From assembly GCA_031411295.1 (NCBI GenBank), contig JANOAV010000035.1, positions 68,926 to 132,925 on the forward strand: a stretch of DNA of 64,000 nt, given 5' to 3'. The stretch is from Verrucomicrobiales bacterium (GTDB lineage Bacteria > Verrucomicrobiota > Verrucomicrobiia > Verrucomicrobiales > V1-33). The translations under genes were made by a program, and so were the position numbers. Position 1 is the stretch's first letter; each line of letters opens with the position of its first letter. Below, in pieces: positions 47,317 through 56,127 of this stretch. The notes beneath the pieces are model-generated. The model saw only the letters and a program-made list of their open reading frames with translations, did not search any database and had not been told where the DNA came from.

Positions 47317-50300
47317 TTAGTTCCATGCCGGAATCCGCACTGTGAAGGTGGTGCCTTCCCCAAGTTTGGAGTGCACTTCCAAGGTGCCACCATGTAGTTC
47401 CGTGCACCGCTTGCAGAGCACCAAACCGAGGCCAGTGCCGGCAATGTTACCGACGTTACTGGCTCGATGGAAGGCTTCGAAGAGCTCTGGCAGGTCGGCC
47501 TCCGGGATGCCGATGCCACTGTCCCGCACGGTAAATACCGCCATGCTGCCATCGCGTCGTGCGCTGAGATGCACTGCCGATCCTTCTGGAGAATATTTCA
47601 CCCCATTGCTAAGTAGATTGGTGAAAATATGGCGCAGCAGAGCCTCATCCGCCTGGGCTCCCGCAAGTTCACTTTCCGCAGTCCAGACAATGGGACACCT
47701 GCCGTTTGTCAGAGACCATTGCTCGTCAGTGACCTTGCGGGAGAAGGCATTCAGATCCAGCGGAACCGGCTTGGAACCGAGTTTGCCAGCATCCACCCGT
47801 CCCAAGACCAGCACCTGTTCCATGAGGCCAGCCATATTACGCGTGGAGGAATGGATGTCCTGGAGCAATTGTTTTTTCTCCTCCGGCGGAAGGCGATCCT
47901 CATAGTGTTGCAATAGTTCAACTGCGCTCATCGTGATGCCCAGCGGAGTGCGGAATTCGTGACTCACCGTGGTCACAAATCGATTTTTCAGCTCATTGAC
48001 CTCACGCTCTGCGGCAAGCTCGCGTTCCTTTGATGACGCCAGATCCACCGCTTCCACGAACTCGCTCGAGAGCCGCTTCTGGCGACGAAAGAGCGCCACC
48101 CCAAGCAAACTAGCAGCAGTAGCGGAAACGAGACCAAGGACAATGGGCAGCAGGCCGGAGTTACTGGTTTCTGATTTGTTGGTAAGATGATTTGCAATCG
48201 GTGAACCAGCCGTCCAATCCAGACCAAGTTCAGCCAGATGATCCCGTCGCAACGCGCCCAGATTGATGACGCGAGCATTTCCCCCCGGCCCCGTGGCGAA
48301 CATGCGTGAGGCATCGGCAGAGAAACGCAAGCCTGTTAGCGGGTAAAGTCCCGGCACTTGAAACGATGCCAGTGACTTGCCATTGCCAGCGCTGGCGATC
48401 TCCGCGCTGTCCAGATCGCCAGTCCATGCGAGCATGGTGCCATCTCCCGAAAATGCTGCGGCCCCGAGAAATCCTGCCAACGATGCCGGACGGGCCACGG
48501 ACCAGTTTTCCTGCCATGACCCCACCGACCACAGTTGCACGTTGCGGACGCCAATCGTCACCAGCGAACGGCTGTCCGGGCTGAAGCACACATGCGCCAC
48601 CGGACAAGGCAGGCGCGCTACTAGCTTGCCCGTGCCCGCATCCCAAATGGTGGGATCTCCCGAAACCGTGTCGCGTCCAGCCACGACCCATTTCCCATCC
48701 GGGCTGATCGCCAGCGCCCCGGAACCCAACGCACTAGCCGGCCCCGGCAAGTCCTGAGGAAAGCGCGTCCCTTGTTCCAGAGCCAAGGGCGCGGAAGGGT
48801 CCGCCATTTTCACGACATAGAGCTGGCCATCACTGCAGGCAATGGCCGCAACTTTTCCAAGATCGCTAAACGCTGCCATCACGGGAGTCAGACCAGCCGG
48901 CAATGGAATGCGACCGGCCTCCGGCAAACCTCCCTTCGGCAAGTTGGCAAGATCCGGCCATTCGTGAATCGTGAGCGCTCCCGGAGCGCTGAGCCAGATG
49001 CGATTGGTGCCAGGCAAAAATCCAGCGCAAACCTTGCGTCCAAGCGGCAGCAAGGCCTGCAGGGAACGATCCGGCTCAAAAAGCTCGAGGGAATGCGCCC
49101 CGGTCCAGATGGGCGGAGACCACAACGCGCGACGACCATCAGTTGAGAAATCCTGCTGCCAAATGGTGGCCCCGTCCGTGTAGCGTCCTTGCAGCAGCGT
49201 ATCTGATGAAGGTTGCGCCACGCGCCAAACGCCAACTTTCTGCTTCGGAATACCCCAGGCGATGCGATCCCCGCGTCTCGATATCACCACCCCGCGAGCC
49301 GCATTCGACTGACACAACAGCTTGGCGGTGGACACATCCCAGAGACTGGTTACTCCGTCCAACCCAGCCGTAAGCAGCAGTGAACCATCCTCATTGAAAC
49401 GCTGCACCCACGGCTGCACGGTGCGACCACCCAGCTGCAGTAACCGACCCGAGGCGGCCTCCATGAGGAAGAGCGTGGCATTCCCGCAACCAAATGCGAG
49501 ACGGTCCCCACGCTGATCCCAATCCAGCGTCTTCACAGAGGTCGGAGCTAGCGCCGTGTGTTTCACCGCACCCGAGACCGCATCCAAGAGAAAAACTTGC
49601 GCCCCTTGAAACCATGCCAGCAGATCTCCGCGTGGGCTCACCGCCACTTGATTCTGCGGGCCGGTATATTTCAAAAGATCCGGCATAGTGGCGGGCCGCC
49701 GTGGCTGTTTACTGGCGATATCATAGAGCACATCAGTTCCCTGGGAGCCGGAAAGGGTGATTCCCATCGTCAGATCATTCGCAGTAAAGGTAGGCGGCCA
49801 CGAGTAGTTTGCGGACTTCGCATCCATTCCTAAAATGCAGACCGTGCTCCCCTTATCACGCTCGAACAACACCAGCGGGCCCTTTTCATAACGCACTGCG
49901 AGATACTTCCCAGTGGAGGAAAACTGAAAGTCCATGGCTGCACATTCGGCCGGCACTTCCGGCGGGCGGGGAAAATCCCTAACCAGAGCATTATCTTCCA
50001 AGCGAAACATCGAAACCACGCCCAACTGGTAGCGCGTGACATAGTGCTCAAGCTCTGGATCGAACGCGAAGCCGCGGACATTTTCTTTCAAATCCCACGC
50101 CACCTCGGTTTCAAAATCCAGGGATCGCAACGCCGCGATCGCTTCGTTTCGTAACTCCACAGAAGGTCGGATGGCCGCCGCCGCCCGCACTGCGCCCAGC
50201 GCGGCCGCACGATGCCCTGCCTGCGGGTTGGTGCGCTCCGCGCTGGCCCGCGCCAGCGACACGCCCCAAAGCCGTTCGGTGGCCTCACTCTCCGCCTGCT

Positions 50301-50484
50301 CGGCTCGCAACTGATGCCGCCCACTGCGAATGGCGAAATACACTGCCAGGCACGCCAGGCCCAGCGCCACGAATAGCAGCAGCCCCAAAGCACGATTCGC
50401 GCGCAGCAGATCAGCCTGCACTTCATTGCGGCGTTTGGTCAAGAGTTTGGCTTCTCTTTGGTTGGCGGAACCTTTTATTTTCAT
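47317..50484 (-). CDS. Orphan sensor histidine kinase HK2 with a ~700-aa extracytoplasmic WD40-like beta-propeller sensor
   Basis: TM1 LLLFVALGLACLAVYF. WD40-like units (LLTAGLDGVTSLWDV, SPDGKWVVAGRD..PTIWDA, FSPDSRSLVTIG..VQLWSV). TM2 LLPIVLGLVSATAASLLGVALF. H-box SHEFRTPLGITMSAVELLQHYEDRL and an HATPase_c domain. Confidence 0.9.
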   Translation of the reverse strand: MKIKGSANQREAKLLTKRRNEVQADLLRANRALGLLLFVALGLACLAVYFAIRSGRHQLRAEQAESEATERLWGVSLARASAERTNPQAGHRAAALGAVRAAAAIRPSVELRNEAIAALRSLDFETEVAWDLKENVRGFAFDPELEHYVTRYQLGVVSMFRLEDNALVRDFPRPPEVPAECAAMDFQFSSTGKYLAVRYEKGPLVLFERDKGSTVCILGMDAKSANYSWPPTFTANDLTMGITLSGSQGTDVLYDIASKQPRRPATMPDLLKYTGPQNQVAVSPRGDLLAWFQGAQVFLLDAVSGAVKHTALAPTSVKTLDWDQRGDRLAFGCGNATLFLMEAASGRLLQLGGRTVQPWVQRFNEDGSLLLTAGLDGVTSLWDVSTAKLLCQSNAARGVVISRRGDRIAWGIPKQKVGVWRVAQPSSDTLLQGRYTDGATIWQQDFSTDGRRALWSPPIWTGAHSLELFEPDRSLQALLPLGRKVCAGFLPGTNRIWLSAPGALTIHEWPDLANLPKGGLPEAGRIPLPAGLTPVMAAFSDLGKVAAIACSDGQLYVVKMADPSAPLALEQGTRFPQDLPGPASALGSGALAISPDGKWVVAGRDTVSGDPTIWDAGTGKLVARLPCPVAHVCFSPDSRSLVTIGVRNVQLWSVGSWQENWSVARPASLAGFLGAAAFSGDGTMLAWTGDLDSAEIASAGNGKSLASFQVPGLYPLTGLRFSADASRMFATGPGGNARVINLGALRRDHLAELGLDWTAGSPIANHLTNKSETSNSGLLPIVLGLVSATAASLLGVALFRRQKRLSSEFVEAVDLASSKERELAAEREVNELKNRFVTTVSHEFRTPLGITMSAVELLQHYEDRLPPEEKKQLLQDIHSSTRNMAGLMEQVLVLGRVDAGKLGSKPVPLDLNAFSRKVTDEQWSLTNGRCPIVWTAESELAGAQADEALLRHIFTNLLSNGVKYSPEGSAVHLSARRDGSMAVFTVRDSGIGIPEADLPELFEAFHRASNVGNIAGTGLGLVLCKRCTELHGGTLEVHSKLGEGTTFTVRIPAWN

Positions 50485-50548
50485 GTGATTGAGATCTCAC
50501 GGTTAAGACCGGACCTTCAGAGCCTCAACTAGATTTATATCCTCTGCC

Positions 50549-50642
50549 ATCCGACTAAAGTCGGATACGGAACTGAAATGCAGGACCAAAGTCGGATGCT
50601 CCAGGCCCCTCTAGCAGATCCCTTATCCGACCATGGTCCAAT
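50549..50642 (+). promoter_or_regulatory. Three-site dyad array in the divergent HK2 / DUF4870 intergenic region
   Basis: Site 1 at 50549..50566 (ATCCGACTAAAGTCGGAT), site 2 at 50580..50597, site 3 at 50625..50642 (ATCCGACCATGGTCCAAT). Centre spacings are 31 and 45 bp. Confidence 0.6.
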
Positions 50643-50675
50643 ACCACAATCAGCAGAATTGTGGAAGGATGAAAC

Positions 50676-51170
50676 ATGCAGCAAAACACTCAGCTGCTAA
50701 CTCCGCGACTAACAAAGCGCAATTTCACTTCAACCATCAATAATCCTTACCATCATAACCTTATGAACCATACCACCATCGAAAACCAACTCGCCAAAGC
50801 CCGTCGTTTCCAACTGAATCTGGAGGAGGCACCTGCTTTCGGTGCGGGCTCCATGCCAGCCTCTGAAGAGCGCACCTTCGCCATGCTGGCGCATCTGTTC
50901 CCACTCATCGTGTGGCCTTGGAAACGCAAGTCCAGCTCGGCTGTGGATGCCCACGGCAAAGAAGCGCTGAATTTTGCGATTACCGCCCTGCTCATCATTT
51001 GGCCCATCGGATTCATCGCAGGCTTCTGCGGCGTGACCGTCGCCAAAATTGTGGCCCTGGGCACCAGCGTGCTGAGCCTAGGCCTCCTGGCATTGGTCGT
51101 CTGCGCCATGATTCAGGCCGGCAAAGGAAGGCTCCTCCGTTATCCCATCAACTTCCGCTTCATCAAATAA
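50676..51170 (+). CDS. DUF4870-family membrane protein
   Basis: ERTFAMLAHLFPLIVWPWKRKSSSAVDAHGKEALNFAIT matches the DUF4870 pattern. An alternative start is the ATG at 50763. Confidence 0.7.
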   Translation: MQQNTQLLTPRLTKRNFTSTINNPYHHNLMNHTTIENQLAKARRFQLNLEEAPAFGAGSMPASEERTFAMLAHLFPLIVWPWKRKSSSAVDAHGKEALNFAITALLIIWPIGFIAGFCGVTVAKIVALGTSVLSLGLLALVVCAMIQAGKGRLLRYPINFRFIK

Positions 51171-51222
51171 ATCAACTCACTCAACTAACCTATAAATCAA
51201 AACTCCTAACCTTCACCATCCT

Positions 51223-51738
51223 ATGAAAAACACTACTATTAAACACCCCCTCATCGCCCTCCTCAGCCTCTCCAGCATTACCGGGCTCACCAGTTGTTCC
51301 GAAAAGGCCACTGCTGCAAACGGTAAGGCTGCACCTACTGCCGACAAGGCTGCAGGCAACACGGAACAAACCTTTGTGGCCGCCTTCCGCACAGCTTTGG
51401 AGAAAAACGACAAGAAAACGCTGGATTCATTTCTCCTGAAGGATGGCACTCCCGCGGAGATCGTGGAATTCTTCACCATGATGATGGACCTGCCCGCGGG
51501 CATGAAGATTGAAAGCGTCGAATTGGTCACTCCAACTGCGGAAGAGGCAGCGAAATACAACAAGGCCATGGAAATGCCTGATGGCAAAAGCTACAAACTG
51601 CCCGTGACCCCCACGAAACAACTGGTGATTATCATGAAAGAGGAGGGAGCCAATGGCAGCGGCACCTCCAAGTCATCCCTGCCAGTGGCGGAGAAGGACG
51701 GTAAGATCGTCATCCCCCTGCCCGTGCCTGCCGCATAA
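51223..51738 (+). CDS. Lipoprotein, function unknown
   Basis: Lipobox LSSITGLTSC after a signal sequence; 171 aa. Confidence 0.65.
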   Translation: MKNTTIKHPLIALLSLSSITGLTSCSEKATAANGKAAPTADKAAGNTEQTFVAAFRTALEKNDKKTLDSFLLKDGTPAEIVEFFTMMMDLPAGMKIESVELVTPTAEEAAKYNKAMEMPDGKSYKLPVTPTKQLVIIMKEEGANGSGTSKSSLPVAEKDGKIVIPLPVPAA

Positions 51739-51847
51739 CGAATAACGGAATCCAACGAACGTCTTGCCAACCGTCGCCACCCTGCTCCCAGGGTGGCGGC
51801 GGCCACCGCTGGGATAAGCCACCTCATCACGAAAGCTCCGCTGATCT

Positions 51848-52339
51848 ATGAAAACCGCCACCCGCCAACAAACAATTTTTCGACGCATCATCGGCACGTG
51901 CCTGATTGCCTTCGCCCTTGTCGGCATTACCGCGCTTTGCCTGAAGGAAATCCCGCTGGCTTTCTTTGGGATGCACGCCACTGGTTTTGTGAAACAAGTG
52001 GAAGTCATCCAGACGAGCACGGCTTCAAAATGGCGCTACAGTCAACCGCAAAGCCGCAGTGGCTCCACCACGATCATGCACATGGTCCACACGACCACGG
52101 AGGGGAAACCGATTGAGAGCAAACACACCGCCACGTTCCACACCGAGGCCAAAGTAGGTGACGAGCACGAATTAATTTATCTCCCATGGCATCCGCAGCG
52201 CGCCATGATCTATAGCGCCAAGCAACTGTGGTTACCCATGACGACCGGAGTAATCTTTAGCACCATCTGCCTGTTTCTGGGCCTGCGGTGCTTCCGCGCC
52301 AAGCCCTTCTTCCCCACCCCGAAAGGATTCCAATCCTAA
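51848..52339 (+). CDS. DUF3592-like membrane protein
   Basis: An N-terminal TM, a beta-rich middle with AKVGDEHELIYLPWHPQRA, and a C-terminal TM. Confidence 0.6.
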   Translation: MKTATRQQTIFRRIIGTCLIAFALVGITALCLKEIPLAFFGMHATGFVKQVEVIQTSTASKWRYSQPQSRSGSTTIMHMVHTTTEGKPIESKHTATFHTEAKVGDEHELIYLPWHPQRAMIYSAKQLWLPMTTGVIFSTICLFLGLRCFRAKPFFPTPKGFQS

Positions 52340-52677
52340 TGATCAAGACCGGAACCATCCCACAGGTATCCAGCGCCACCGCTTTCACTCCCGCTCTTCC
52401 AGCAAAAGAAATCGTGACCGCGAAACAACACGCCGCCTTGTGGACCGTGATCCTCGTCCTGGTGGCCATCACCAGCGCCATGGGATGGCTGGTGCTGCGT
52501 GGTATCGAACGCGGTGAGACCGTCATGCCTTCCAAACACGCCTCACGTCAACGCCCCCTCATCCGAAATCAAGCACCAGCCTCCTTCTGGGGTGCGCTGA
52601 GTGTTTACACCTTAGTCGGCCTCAGCACTGGCGCTGGCAGCCTGTGGCTCATCCGCATGGCATGGCGGATCAAGTAA
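52339..52677 (+). CDS. Small membrane protein
   Basis: The start is taken at the ATG overlapping the previous stop (TAATG at 52337..52341). Two TM segments. Confidence 0.5.
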   Translation: MIKTGTIPQVSSATAFTPALPAKEIVTAKQHAALWTVILVLVAITSAMGWLVLRGIERGETVMPSKHASRQRPLIRNQAPASFWGALSVYTLVGLSTGAGSLWLIRMAWRIK

Positions 52678-52721
52678 ACAGGCAGTGATTCGCGAAGAAT
52701 TGCGGATGTTGGCGGCGGCGT

Positions 52722-52739
52722 ATCCGACTAAAGTCCTAG
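52722..52739. promoter_or_regulatory. Single dyad site upstream of HK3
   Basis: ATCCGACTAAAGTCCTAG, centred about 65 nt upstream of the proposed HK3 ATG at 52796. It lies inside the longer track ORF. Confidence 0.5.
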
Positions 52740-52795
52740 GTGCCGGGTGGGGGTTGGGCTTGCGGCGGGTGGGGGTCGCTGCGAAGTTATTGGCT

Positions 52796-55700
52796 ATGAA
52801 TCATGAAGGCCAGCAGACGGGTGAGACCGCTGAAACGGAGAATTTCGCGCAGCGTCGCGAGTTCGTCCGGCGTTCGGTGCTGCGGGCCAATCGGGCGGTG
52901 GGGTTGATTTTGGGGGTGGTGGTGCTACTGGGATTGGTGCTAGTAATTTTGGGACAGCAGGCACGGGAAAGCCAGCGGCGGGCGGAGCTGGCGGAACAGG
53001 GGGCGACAGACCGGCTCTGGAAGGCATCGCTGGAGCAGGCGCGGGCGCAAAATCTGGGCACAAAGGCGGGGCATCGGGAGGGCGCGCTGGAAGCGGTGCG
53101 CACGGCTGCGAAAATTCGCCCCTCAGTGGAGTTGCGCAACGAGGCCATCGCTGCGCTGTCCCAACGGGATCTGGTGCAAGAACGAGAATGGACCCTGCAA
53201 CCGAAGGCCTATGGGACGGTGTTTGATCCGGAACTGAAATACTATGTGGAGCGTTATCAGGACCGGGTGCTCTCACTCTTTCGGGTCGAGGATAACTCCC
53301 ATGTGCATAATTTTCCCATGCCGTTTTTCTATCCCAAGAATGCGAATGTGGGGGACTATGTCTTTTCCTCCACGGGGAAGTATTTAGTGATCCGCTATAA
53401 CGGCGGCGGGCTTACACTCTGGGATCCGCTCAAGGCGCAGATGCTGCGGGTATTGAATCTGGATCCCCGGGCGGCCCAATATTCCTGGCCGCCTTCGTTC
53501 AGCGCGGATGATCGACTGATGGGGTTGAGTATGAACGGAAGCGCAGGGTTCCAGATGGTGTATGATTTGGAAAAAGGGGAAGTGCGCCCACTGGGGGCCA
53601 CGCCTGGAAAGCTTGCCTACCGCGGCGGTTTCAACTTCGTCCGCGTCAGCCCGCGCGGTGATCTCATTGCCGCTTGGGACACAAATATGATTTATGTTTT
53701 CGATGCGGTCACTGGGGAACTGCGACATTCCGTGCAGGGACAATCAACCATTGAGGCGATCGCGTGGGACTATCAGGGAAAGCGGCTCTCGTTGGCCTGC
53801 GATGATTGGTCAGTGTCAATCTGGGAACCCTCCGGAGGTCAGATGATGCAATTGAATGGCAAGGCACACCGCGCGTGGTTCCAAGAGTTCAGCCGTGACG
53901 GCAATCTGCTAGTGGCCTCCGGCATAGATGGCATGACGCGGCTGTGGGATGCGGTTTCGGGAAGGCTCGTGTGCGAGCAGGGCGGCCTGCTGGCTGCGAG
54001 GGTCTCACCAGATGGTCAGCGGATCGCAGGTGGCCGGCACCGCCAGACGTCGGGCATCTGGCGCGTAGAACAACCGGTGGCGCTGAAGTTGTTTCGTGGC
54101 GCGTGGGCAAAGCGTGCCACGGCATGGATGATGGACCTGACTGGCGATGGTCGGCGGGGCGTCTGGTCGCCACCGTGGTGGGTGGGGCAGAATGGCTACG
54201 AGGTTTTCGATTTTGAAAAAGGCACCAGCATTGTGCGCGCGGACAAGGATCGGTTATTCGCTGGATTTCGTCCCGGGCATGATCAGCTCTGGACGACCAG
54301 TGGCGGGGCGCTAAAATTTTACGACCTGCCAGCAGAAGGCACGGTGCCCGAGGCGGCCGCGCTGACGATGGCGTTGCCGAAAGGGATCAACGGCATTGTC
54401 GCCAGCTTCAACGCGGACGGACGCTATGTGGCGCTCTCCGGGCCGCAGCGGGCGCTTGCCGTCATGGATCTCAATGCGCCGACGGCACCACCAGTCACAT
54501 TGGAACGAGCATTTACCAGTGCCGACAGTTCGCTGCCCGGCCCCGCCTCCACCACTGGCGGCGGCCCACTGGCCATGAGTCCCGACGCACGCTGGGTGGC
54601 TGCGGGAATGAATGTGGACGGCGGGCGTCCGGTGATTTGGGATGCTCATTCCGGCAGGATCGTGCAACGCTTGAATTGCGCATTGGGTTATGTGACCTTC
54701 AGTCCGGACGGACTTTATCTCACAGTCGTGAGTTCAGCTCGCTTGGTGTGCTTTGCCATGGATGGCTGGAAACTGCTCTGGGAGCGGGAACGGGATCTAC
54801 AGCAGAGTTATTGCGGCATAGCGGCGTTCAACGGAGATGGTTCACTGCTGGCGTGTTCGATGGGATCAGCGCGGGTCGTTTTCTACACGCTCCAGGGGGA
54901 CGCGGTAGCGGAGTGGGACTTCCGCGATCTGCTGTATGTGGCCAACCTGCGTTTCGCTGCGGATGGCAGTCGCCTCTTCGCTGGCGGGCTGGAGGGCCGC
55001 ATCGCCAGTGTGGACATGACCGCGCTGCGCCAAGTCTTGGCCACGCTGCAGCTCGACTGGCCATTGCGCGCCAGCACCACCACTCCAACCGTGACCACTA
55101 GCAGCGGCACCAATGCCTGGGGTCCTGCGCTGTTAGGATTAATCTCGGTCGGCGTCGCTGCGGCGTTAGGAGCCCTGGTGCTGCGGCGGCAGCGGAGGCT
55201 CACCGGAGAGTTTGTGGAAACAACAGAACTCGCAGCGCGTCGGACGCAGGAACTGGCTGCCGAGAAAGAGGTGAGCGAATTAAAGAGTCGCTTCGTGACC
55301 ACGGTCAGCCACGAATTCCGCACCCCGCTGGGCATCACCATGAGTGCCATCGAACTCCTGCGGCACTACGAAGATCGCCTGCCACCGACGGAGAAGAAGC
55401 AACTTTTCGAGGACATTCATTCCTCTACCAAAAACATGGCCGGCCTCATGGAACAGGTCTTGCTACTGGGCCGCGTGGATGCAGGCAAGTTGGCCTACAA
55501 GCCCGTGCCGGTGGACCTTGACGCCTTGGCACGCAAGCTTACCGATGAGTCGCTCTCCGCCACCAACCGCAAGTGTCCCATCACATGGCAGGCAGAAAAC
55601 GACCTCTCCGGGGCCCACGCGGACGAAGCACTGCTGCGGCATATTCTCACGAATCTGCTCAGCAACGCAGTGAAATATTCCCCTGCCGAAGCTCTGGTTC

Positions 55701-55954
55701 ATTTCCGCGCCCGACGCGAAGGACTCATGGCGGTATTTACCGTGCAGGACAGCGGCATTGGCATACCAGAGAAGGATCTGCCCCAGTTGTTCGAAGCCTT
55801 CCATCGCGCCAGCAACGTGGGGGAAATCCCCGGCACTGGCCTTGGTCTCGTGCTCAGCAAACGTTGCGCAGATCTCCACAACGGCAGCATCCAAGTGAAA
55901 TCCACCCCGGGCTCAGGCACCACATTCACCGTGCGCATTCCAGCGTGGGGGTGA
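52796..55954 (+). CDS. Orphan sensor histidine kinase HK3, paralogue of HK2 (WD40-like propeller sensor)
   Basis: Collinear with HK2 from the N-terminus (RANRAVGL..RLWKASLEQARAQ..IRPSVELRNEAIAAL) through the propeller, TM2 and H-box SHEFRTPLGITMSAIELLRHYEDRL. The start is moved to MNHEGQQ. Confidence 0.9.
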   Translation: MNHEGQQTGETAETENFAQRREFVRRSVLRANRAVGLILGVVVLLGLVLVILGQQARESQRRAELAEQGATDRLWKASLEQARAQNLGTKAGHREGALEAVRTAAKIRPSVELRNEAIAALSQRDLVQEREWTLQPKAYGTVFDPELKYYVERYQDRVLSLFRVEDNSHVHNFPMPFFYPKNANVGDYVFSSTGKYLVIRYNGGGLTLWDPLKAQMLRVLNLDPRAAQYSWPPSFSADDRLMGLSMNGSAGFQMVYDLEKGEVRPLGATPGKLAYRGGFNFVRVSPRGDLIAAWDTNMIYVFDAVTGELRHSVQGQSTIEAIAWDYQGKRLSLACDDWSVSIWEPSGGQMMQLNGKAHRAWFQEFSRDGNLLVASGIDGMTRLWDAVSGRLVCEQGGLLAARVSPDGQRIAGGRHRQTSGIWRVEQPVALKLFRGAWAKRATAWMMDLTGDGRRGVWSPPWWVGQNGYEVFDFEKGTSIVRADKDRLFAGFRPGHDQLWTTSGGALKFYDLPAEGTVPEAAALTMALPKGINGIVASFNADGRYVALSGPQRALAVMDLNAPTAPPVTLERAFTSADSSLPGPASTTGGGPLAMSPDARWVAAGMNVDGGRPVIWDAHSGRIVQRLNCALGYVTFSPDGLYLTVVSSARLVCFAMDGWKLLWERERDLQQSYCGIAAFNGDGSLLACSMGSARVVFYTLQGDAVAEWDFRDLLYVANLRFAADGSRLFAGGLEGRIASVDMTALRQVLATLQLDWPLRASTTTPTVTTSSGTNAWGPALLGLISVGVAAALGALVLRRQRRLTGEFVETTELAARRTQELAAEKEVSELKSRFVTTVSHEFRTPLGITMSAIELLRHYEDRLPPTEKKQLFEDIHSSTKNMAGLMEQVLLLGRVDAGKLAYKPVPVDLDALARKLTDESLSATNRKCPITWQAENDLSGAHADEALLRHILTNLLSNAVKYSPAEALVHFRARREGLMAVFTVQDSGIGIPEKDLPQLFEAFHRASNVGEIPGTGLGLVLSKRCADLHNGSIQVKSTPGSGTTFTVRIPAWG

Positions 55955-55981
55955 GCTGGCAAATCATCGTCCACCTGCGGG

Positions 55982-56043
55982 CTAAGACTAAAGTCGGATA
56001 AGATCGCACCATAAATACTCTCCTTATCCGACTGAGGTCCGAT
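55982..56043 (+). promoter_or_regulatory. Two-site dyad array upstream of the DUF4412 gene
   Basis: Site 2 at 55982..55999 (CTAAGACTAAAGTCGGAT), site 3 at 56026..56043 (ATCCGACTGAGGTCCGAT). Centre spacing is 44 bp. Confidence 0.55.
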
Positions 56044-56127
56044 ACCCAAGTGGATCAAGGTGTGGGAAAGGTATCTCACGCCACCCGGCACACCCCAATT
56101 CATCAAAACAACAAAACTTACAACACC

